DNA of 39,822 bases from Coriobacteriaceae bacterium. GTDB lineage: Bacteria > Actinomycetota > Coriobacteriia > Anaerosomatales > D1FN1-002. Position 1 is the stretch's first letter; the number at the start of each line of letters is the position of its first letter. A program made the translations under genes and the position numbers. The stretch spans positions 1-39,822 of the forward strand of contig PNNM01000002.1 in assembly GCA_013824215.1 (NCBI GenBank), written 5' to 3'. Below the pieces are notes generated by a model, which saw nothing but the letters and a program-made list of their open reading frames with translations, was not told where the DNA came from and did not search any database. Of this stretch, positions 34,066 to 39,822 are shown in pieces.

Positions 34066-34584
34066 TCAGTAGTCCCAGTAGATGCCGCGATCCTTGATGA
34101 GGCCGAGCGCCTTCATCCTGTCCAGCATCTCGCTCTCGGGCACGGCGAACAGCCGCGCCAGGTAGCGGTAGTCGTTGAACCACTTCCTCGCCTGGTCCGT
34201 GACCAGGAACGCCGGGGCCACCAGTTCCCCCGCCACGACGTCGGCGACCCGGTGCTCGCCGGTCGCCCGCGGGTAGCCGAGGCTCGGGTCGTCGAGCACC
34301 GCGAGCACGTGTCCGAGCAGGTGCGCGAGCGCGTTGCGCTGGCGCAGCTGGTCCTTCGCCGAGTTCAGGACCGCCACCGGCATGCCGTCCTCGGCGATCA
34401 GCGCGCCGAAGAAGAAGTCGGGGAGCGGGGTTGCGCGGACCGGCAGGCCGAAGTGCTGAGCCACGGCCCACACGTCCACCGGGGGCTCGCTGATGCCGAC
34501 GCGCAGCACCGTCTCGCCCGCGAGATCCCGGTAGTACACGTCTGTCCGCAGGGGCACGGCTGATCCGCTCCATCGCTTCGCCAA
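34066..34584 (-). CDS. ImmA/IrrE (DUF955)-like protein with a degenerate HExxH motif
   Basis: PPVDVWAVAQHFGLPV...AVLNSAKDQLRQRNALAHLLGHVL...EHRVADVVAGELVAP follows the ImmA/IrrE pattern, but the motif is HLLGH. The start is uncertain: TTG 34584 has no SD, while the in-frame GTG 34557 has GGAG upstream. Confidence 0.6.
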   Translation of the reverse strand: MAKRWSGSAVPLRTDVYYRDLAGETVLRVGISEPPVDVWAVAQHFGLPVRATPLPDFFFGALIAEDGMPVAVLNSAKDQLRQRNALAHLLGHVLAVLDDPSLGYPRATGEHRVADVVAGELVAPAFLVTDQARKWFNDYRYLARLFAVPESEMLDRMKALGLIKDRGIYWDY

Positions 34585-34757
34585 GGCCGCTGACGCCGAC
34601 CCGCGGCCGGGGGTACATCAGTCTATATCGGCACAGAGAGGCCCGTTCGCACGTCCCGTGCCCAAATGGAGCTGTTGTGCGCTGTGCCACGGAGCCGGTG
34701 GGCCGTGGTACCGATACACTGCTGACAGGCCCGACGGAGTCGCTGAAGGGAGGCAGG

Positions 34758-36662
34758 ATGGACCGGCAGGGACACGCGCGCCCCGAGGAGGTGCTGCGGC
34801 TTCTCGCCTCGGCGGCCAACGCCTTCCGCCTCTACCCCCCGACGAGCGACCTGCCCACCCAGGCCGTCGAGCGTTTCCTGCGCTTCGCCGCGTCCACGAC
34901 GACCGCGACGGGTCCCTTGCGCTTCACCGTGAACCCCCACGGGTTCCGGCTCGGCGAGACGGACATCGGCCCCGGGCTCACCCAGGTCGTGGCACTCGCC
35001 GAGACCTTGCACGCCATGCAGGCCGGCCAGCTCATCATCGCGCCCGAGATAGACGAGGCCGAGACGCGCACGTTCCTTCAGATCGTGACGTCCGAGGCGC
35101 TGGCGGTGCGCCAGGGCGGCGGCATCCGCACGGCCCTCGGCAACGCGGGCGTGTCGCACATCGCGGTCATCGAGGTCACGCTCCGGGCGTCCGAGGAGGA
35201 GGGGCTCGCCGGGCTCGACCTGACCTCCGCGCCGCTCGACGACATCGCCGCGGAGGTGACGACCGCCGCCGAGGACTGGGCGCGCTCGGCCGCCGCCGGG
35301 CAGGGCGCGGATGCCGTGTCGACCGCGCTGGACCGTCTCGAGGCCGCGACGCGCGACCTGGCCTCGGAGAGGGTCGCGCAGGCGATGCTGCGCCTCGACG
35401 AGGACACCCGCGAGCGCATCCTGGCCGCCGCGCTCGTCCCCGACGTCACCTCGGGCAAGCGGATGGAGGGCATGCTCGAGATCATCGCGCGCATGAATCC
35501 CTCGACGATCGCGCGCCTGCTCAAGCTGACCGCCGAGCGGCTGGGCGCGACCCCCGACCCGCTGCTCGCAGCCATCGACCTGCCGCCCGAGGTCCTGGCG
35601 CAGGTCATGATGATCCTCAACCCCTCGCCGCGCAGCGAACAGGAGTGCGGCGTGCCGCAGTCGGTGAACGTGGACGCGATGGCCGCCGAGGCCTCCGCCG
35701 AGGAGGAGGAGCCCGATCTCGAGCGGCAGGTCGCGCTCTCGGCCCCGCAACTCGCGTCGGGCCGCGCGCTGACGACCACCGTGCAGGTCTCGCGCCTGCA
35801 CGCGGGGCTCGAGGCGGTGCGCGCGATCGCCGAGGCGCTGCCATCCGCGGCGCGGGACGGGGCGCTCGTGGAGTGCCGCGAGGCGCTGCGCCGGCTCGAC
35901 GAGTTGCGCGAGGACCCCGCGCTGACCGCCGACGCCGACCGTGCCCGCGCGACGCTGGCCGACGAGGAACTGCTCCGCGACGTGTGCCGCGCGCCGCTCA
36001 CGGACGCCGACGCCGCCGTCGCGGGCGAGATCCTCGCCGCCGCGGGTCCGACCGGCGCAGCCGCCCTGCTCGAGTGCTACGTGAGCACGGACGAGTTCCG
36101 CCGCTCGCTGCTGCGCCCGACCCTGCGGGGCATGAGCGACCAGGTGCTGAACGTGGCGGGCCGCCTCATCCGCAACGCCGGGACGCCCATCGCGATCGCG
36201 GTGCTCAAGACGCTGCCGGCACTCGGTGACCGCCGGGCCATGCCGGTCATCGTCTCTGGACTGGAGCACCTCGACAGCGAGGTGCGTCGCGCCGCACTGA
36301 CCGCGCTCGCGGACACGATGAGTGACGATGGCACCACCGCGCTGGCCAAGGCGCTCGGTCACTGGGATCCCGGGACGCGCCGTTTCGCGGCGCGGGAGCT
36401 GGGCCGGACGCACTCGGAGACGGCCGTGCCGGCGCTCGTGCGGGTGCTCGATGAGATAGAGTTGTTCGAAAGGAACTACGAACTCAAGAAAGAAGTCATA
36501 ACGAGCCTGGAAGCCATCGGCTCGGCAAGGGCCGTACCGGTCCTCAAACGCATCGTCGGGAACAGGTTCAGCTTCGGCCGCAAGAACAAGGAGCTGCGCT
36601 TCCTAGCCGAGAAGGCGATGGAGCGGATAGTCCGCGAGTCCGGACCCACAGGGGGACGATGA
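34758..36662 (+). CDS. HEAT-repeat protein with an N-terminal domain paralogous to that of the downstream HD-GYP protein
   Basis: ATG 34758 with GAAGGGAGG upstream. C-terminal HEAT/PBS-lyase-like repeats (GDRRAMPVIVSGLEHLDSEVRRAALTALA, THSETAVPALVRVL, GSARAVPVLKRIV). The N-terminus has RLYPPTSDLPTQAVERF. Confidence 0.75.
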   Translation: MDRQGHARPEEVLRLLASAANAFRLYPPTSDLPTQAVERFLRFAASTTTATGPLRFTVNPHGFRLGETDIGPGLTQVVALAETLHAMQAGQLIIAPEIDEAETRTFLQIVTSEALAVRQGGGIRTALGNAGVSHIAVIEVTLRASEEEGLAGLDLTSAPLDDIAAEVTTAAEDWARSAAAGQGADAVSTALDRLEAATRDLASERVAQAMLRLDEDTRERILAAALVPDVTSGKRMEGMLEIIARMNPSTIARLLKLTAERLGATPDPLLAAIDLPPEVLAQVMMILNPSPRSEQECGVPQSVNVDAMAAEASAEEEEPDLERQVALSAPQLASGRALTTTVQVSRLHAGLEAVRAIAEALPSAARDGALVECREALRRLDELREDPALTADADRARATLADEELLRDVCRAPLTDADAAVAGEILAAAGPTGAAALLECYVSTDEFRRSLLRPTLRGMSDQVLNVAGRLIRNAGTPIAIAVLKTLPALGDRRAMPVIVSGLEHLDSEVRRAALTALADTMSDDGTTALAKALGHWDPGTRRFAARELGRTHSETAVPALVRVLDEIELFERNYELKKEVITSLEAIGSARAVPVLKRIVGNRFSFGRKNKELRFLAEKAMERIVRESGPTGGR

Positions 36663-36663
36663 C

Positions 36664-38136
36664 ATGGACGAGAACGGTGAGGAGCGTCTCCAGACCCCGG
36701 AGGAGATGGCGGCGCAGACCGGGCCTTCGGGCGGAGCCCCCTTCGCCAGCGCCAAGAAGCTCGCGAAGGCCAAAGAGCTGCTCCGCTCAGTGGCCGTGGC
36801 TCAGGGCAACGCGGCGCTGTACCCCGCGACGCACCCGCTCGTGGCACAGGGGATCGCGGACGTCGTCTCGGCCGTCTCCTCACTTGGCGACTCCGGCTTC
36901 TCGGAGGTGACGGTCAACGTCTACAAGGGCACGCTGTTCGTGGAGAACCAGGTGTTCCCCGAGGAGAGCGTGACCTACCGCAAGCTCGTGGAGGACCTTC
37001 TCGCGCGGGGCGTCTCCGCGCTCACCCTCGACGCTCAGCTGCCCTCGGGCGACTGCTCGGCCCTGGTCGAGATGCTCGGAGCGTCCGAGATCGTCGACAT
37101 CGACGCCGCGCGCGAATTCCTCGAGCAGCGCGGCGTGACGTGCGTCCGTGTCGCCGAGACCACGACGCTGGACGCCGACGAGCGCGACAGCGGGGTGCGC
37201 GAGAACAAGGTGCGCGCACGCGAGGCATACGACCTCGGCGTCCACGCGATGCAGGACGTGGAGACCCAGGTCAAGCTCGGCAAGGTCTTCGAGGTCGAGC
37301 CGTTGCAGAACCTCGTCAACACGATGCTGGACAGCCTGTTCCGCGACCCGGCCGCCGTGCTCGGCCTGACCGCCATCAAGAGCCACGACGACTACACGCT
37401 CAACCACGCGATCAACGTGTGCATCCTGTCGCTGTCGCTCGGCGCGACGCTGGGACTGGACGCCGATTCGCTGCGCTCGCTCGGACTGTCCGCCCTGCTC
37501 TACGACCTCGGCAAGGTCCGCATCCCCGAGGACATCCTGAACAAGGAGGGCCCGCTGACGGCGGACGAGTGGCAGATCGTGAAGAGCCACGCCACCGAGG
37601 GCGCGGATCTGCTCAAGCGCATCCAGATGGTGGACCAGATGCCGATGATCGTGGCGTTCGAGCACCACCAGCGCCACGACATGCAGGGCTACCCGGACAC
37701 GCAGCCCGCCGCCGAGCAGCACCTGTTCAGCAAGGTGGTCGCTCTGTGCGACGCCTACGACGCGATGACGACGCGCCGCCCGTTCCGCCGCGAGATCCGG
37801 CCCGACAAGGCGCTCGCCGTGCTCATGCAGGGCCGCGGCAAGGCGTACGACCCCTCGCTGACCAAAGCGCTCGTGGCGATGCTCGGCATCTATCCGATGG
37901 GCGCGGTGGTCACGCTCACCGACGGCACCAAGGGTGTCGTGTTCCGGGTCAACCGCGACGACCTGCTGCGCCCGCGCGTCAAGGTGCTCATGGACGCGCA
38001 GGGACGCTGGTACGAGGAGCCGCACGTGGCGGACCTGCGCATCGTCGACCCTGCCACCGGCGAGTACGCCTGCTCCATCGAGGAGTGCCTCCCCGCTTCC
38101 GAGGTGGGCATCGACGACGTCTGGCAGTACCTGTAG
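36664..38136 (+). CDS. HD-GYP domain protein with a degenerate metal-binding dyad (YD-GYP)
   Basis: DYTLNHAINV, LLYDLGK (canonical LLHDIGK), EHHQRHDMQGYP (canonical HHExxDGxGYP) and CDAYDAMTTRRPFR. The start is 1 nt after the upstream stop codon. Confidence 0.85.
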   Translation: MDENGEERLQTPEEMAAQTGPSGGAPFASAKKLAKAKELLRSVAVAQGNAALYPATHPLVAQGIADVVSAVSSLGDSGFSEVTVNVYKGTLFVENQVFPEESVTYRKLVEDLLARGVSALTLDAQLPSGDCSALVEMLGASEIVDIDAAREFLEQRGVTCVRVAETTTLDADERDSGVRENKVRAREAYDLGVHAMQDVETQVKLGKVFEVEPLQNLVNTMLDSLFRDPAAVLGLTAIKSHDDYTLNHAINVCILSLSLGATLGLDADSLRSLGLSALLYDLGKVRIPEDILNKEGPLTADEWQIVKSHATEGADLLKRIQMVDQMPMIVAFEHHQRHDMQGYPDTQPAAEQHLFSKVVALCDAYDAMTTRRPFRREIRPDKALAVLMQGRGKAYDPSLTKALVAMLGIYPMGAVVTLTDGTKGVVFRVNRDDLLRPRVKVLMDAQGRWYEEPHVADLRIVDPATGEYACSIEECLPASEVGIDDVWQYL

Positions 38137-38160
38137 CCGACGCGCTCACCAGGTATGTGA

Positions 38161-38191
38161 CGAGGGCCCCGGGAGATCCCCGGGGCCCTCG
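38161..38191. terminator. Perfect 13-bp GC-rich hairpin between convergent genes (candidate bidirectional terminator)
   Basis: CGAGGGCCCCGGG-AGATC-CCCGGGGCCCTCG lies between the HD-GYP stop (38136) and the lipoprotein stop (38218). There is no U-tract on either strand. Confidence 0.5.
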
Positions 38192-38217
38192 GCGTCCGTC
38201 GTCCGGGTGCGTATAGT

Positions 38218-38565
38218 TCAGTACAGTACGGACTGCGCGTCCGTGAAATCGGAGTCCGCGGGCATATCGAGCCGGTCGAGTTCCGCCTCCATCGCCGCCA
38301 GTTCGCTCTCGATGGCCGAGAGGGCCTCGGCGTCGGGACCGCTCTCCCGCGTCGCCGTCCCGCTCTCCGTCGCCGCCGAGGGCTCTTCGCTCTCGGCCGC
38401 AGGACCCGCGTCCTCGGCAGAGGTCGCCTCGACCGCGGTCGTCGTCTCGACGGCGGTGCCGGGCTCGGGCGGGCGGGCCTCGCGGCGCCCGCACCCCGTC
38501 AGGGCCGGAACCGTCAGCAGAGCGGCCGCGAGCAGGAGCGCCGCTATGGTCCGCTCCCGCGACAT
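38218..38565 (-). CDS. Small acidic lipoprotein (unknown function)
   Basis: Signal peptide with lipobox LTGC, then a Glu/Ala/Thr/Ser-rich acidic mature part. ATG 38565 has GGAG 5 nt upstream and overlaps the upstream stop by one base (TGATG). An in-frame GTG lies at 38568. Confidence 0.6.
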   Translation of the reverse strand: MSRERTIAALLLAAALLTVPALTGCGRREARPPEPGTAVETTTAVEATSAEDAGPAAESEEPSAATESGTATRESGPDAEALSAIESELAAMEAELDRLDMPADSDFTDAQSVLY

Positions 38566-39101
38566 CACGACTCCGCCTTCAGCTCCCGGGCGATGCGGCT
38601 GAGCTCCACGGCTGCCGCGCGGACCTTCTGGCGGGAATCACGCAACGTCTCGACCGCCCTGCGGCCGGTCGCCCGGGCCCTGTCGAACGCCGCTCGCTTG
38701 TTGGTCGCGCCGGGCACCGCCTTGAACTGCTCGACTGCTCTCGCCTCGAGCTCCTTGGCCTCGGCCAGCGCCTCGCGGGCGTCGTCCAGCAGCTCGCGCA
38801 CGTCGGTGACGTCGCCACCCTGCGCCTCGACCTTGCCGGCGAGCTGGTCGACGCGGACGATGCGCTCGCCGATGCGCTTGGCGGCGCGATCGAAACGCTC
38901 CTTGCGACGCTGGAGCACGATGCGGATGCGCTCGCGCAGCCGTGCCTTGAGCTGTTCGGTGGTCAGCTGAGCCGTCTGCAGCGCCCGCACCCCGGTCCTT
39001 GTCGCGGTCGCCTCCTGGGCGACAGCGATGGCCGGCAGCGTGAGCGTGGTCGCCATCACCAGCGTGACGGCGGTCCTCCCGAACCTGGTCCTCGTCTTCA
39101 T
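38565..39101 (-). CDS. Secreted Arg/Glu/Ala-rich helical (coiled-coil-like) protein (unknown function)
   Basis: Signal peptide MKTRTRFGRTAVTLVMATTLTLPAIAVAQE, then long helical heptad-like sequence. GAGGAAGAGG lies upstream of ATG 39101. Confidence 0.6.
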   Translation of the reverse strand: MKTRTRFGRTAVTLVMATTLTLPAIAVAQEATATRTGVRALQTAQLTTEQLKARLRERIRIVLQRRKERFDRAAKRIGERIVRVDQLAGKVEAQGGDVTDVRELLDDAREALAEAKELEARAVEQFKAVPGATNKRAAFDRARATGRRAVETLRDSRQKVRAAAVELSRIARELKAES

Positions 39102-39202
39102 CGTCGGCACCTCTTCCTCGCATCCGGGTCCGGCCGTCTTGTCGCCGGCCTCACCGGGAGTATCGCCACTCCTCGTTGCGAGGAGGTTGAGCGGATGTTG
39201 AG

Positions 39203-39822
39203 TCAGCGTTGAGCTTGAGCTTGTGCGGGCAGCTCCAGCACGATCCGCGCCCCTCCGAGCGGACTGTCCTCGGCACGCACGTCCCCGTCCATGAGCCGCA
39301 CGAGCCTGCGGCTCAACGACAGGCCGAGCCCCGAACCGCCGCCCGTGGTGCTCCTGGAGCGGTCCAGACGGGTGAACCGCTCGAAGACGGCCTCGCGGTC
39401 CCCTGGGGGGATGCCGGGACCCGAGTCGTCGACCGTCAGGATCCAGCACCCCGGCTCCGCCCGCGCGCTCACGAGCACCTCGCCTCCGGGCGGAGTGTAT
39501 TCCAGCGCGTTGTCGACGACCGCGCTGGCCGCCTGCAGAAGCCTGGCCGCGTCGCCGAGGGGGACCGCGGCGTCCAGCGCGCCGACCTCGAAGCGCACAC
39601 TCCGCTCCGCGGCCCGCGGCTCGAAGCGCGCACGCACGGAGTCCGCCAGCGCCTCGGCGTCCACGGGTCCGCGGTCGAACTCGACCACCCCGGCATCGAG
39701 GTCCGCGAGCGACAGCAGGACCCGCGTGAGATCGCCGAGTCGGCCCGACTCGTCCCGGATGATGCGCAGATAGCGCCGGGAGGTCTCGGGGTCCGTCACG
39801 GTCCCGTCCGTCAGCGCCTCGG
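39203..39822 (-). CDS. Sensor histidine kinase, C-terminal part (5' end outside the window)
   Basis: The frame is open to the window edge. HATPase_c motifs are present: VVDNALEYTP (N box), DDSGPGIP (G1), FERFTRLD (F), and GGSGLGLSLSRRLV (G2). Confidence 0.85.
   Translation of the reverse strand, partial: EALTDGTVTDPETSRRYLRIIRDESGRLGDLTRVLLSLADLDAGVVEFDRGPVDAEALADSVRARFEPRAAERSVRFEVGALDAAVPLGDAARLLQAASAVVDNALEYTPPGGEVLVSARAEPGCWILTVDDSGPGIPPGDREAVFERFTRLDRSRSTTGGGSGLGLSLSRRLVRLMDGDVRAEDSPLGGARIVLELPAQAQAQR

Noticed and set aside
1-39822. CRISPR arrays, tandem repeats, insertion sequences, prophage or defence-system genes.
   Set aside because: No regularly spaced direct repeats, no terminal inverted repeats with a transposase, and no recognisable nuclease, helicase, methylase or toxin modules. 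The window reads as core chromosome with a few lineage-specific genes.

Overview
This is a very GC-rich, densely coding bacterial chromosomal segment; third codon positions are almost always G/C, and most genes are on the minus strand. I saw no rRNA, CRISPR array, transposase or integrase, and nothing that resembles a recognisable defence or mobile island.

Left third:
- 3' end of a TldD/PmbA-type peptidase gene.
- A frameshifted stand-alone CheB-type methylesterase.
- A complete bacterial A/V-type ATP synthase operon (10098 -> 1048, order G/H-I-K-E-C-F-A-B-[62-aa membrane ORF]-D), with an extended -10 promoter and a terminator.

Middle:
- A membrane-anchored LytM-like protein.
- An nfnA-nfnB-like pair followed by an orphan LytTR response regulator and a DUF951 gene.
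- An ApbE lipoprotein, a small Pro-rich membrane protein, and an EnvC-like M23 peptidase.

Positions 17.5-30.2 kb are collinear with the Bacillus subtilis block yabC(rsmI)-abrB-metS-yabD(tatD)-yabE-ksgA-veg-ispE-...-spoVG-glmU-prs-ctc-pth. This includes a tRNA-Gln(UUG) and several readable sigma-A-type promoters, which suggests a high-GC Firmicutes-like or deep Gram-positive lineage.

Right third:
- A polytopic membrane protein with a poly-proline tail.
- A DUF362/[4Fe-4S] protein with an unexpected DnaA-lid-like N-terminus.
- A ROK glucokinase and an ImmA/IrrE-like protein lacking the catalytic Glu.
- A HEAT-repeat protein paired with a degenerate 'YD-GYP' HD-GYP protein.
- Two small secreted proteins and the 3' part of a histidine kinase.

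The most unusual items are:
- the small ORF embedded in the ATPase operon;
- the DnaA-lid/DUF362 fusion;
- the HEAT + YD-GYP pair with paralogous N-terminal domains;
- the inactive-looking ImmA-like protein.

All family calls come from motif recognition by eye and need HMM or structure searches to confirm.
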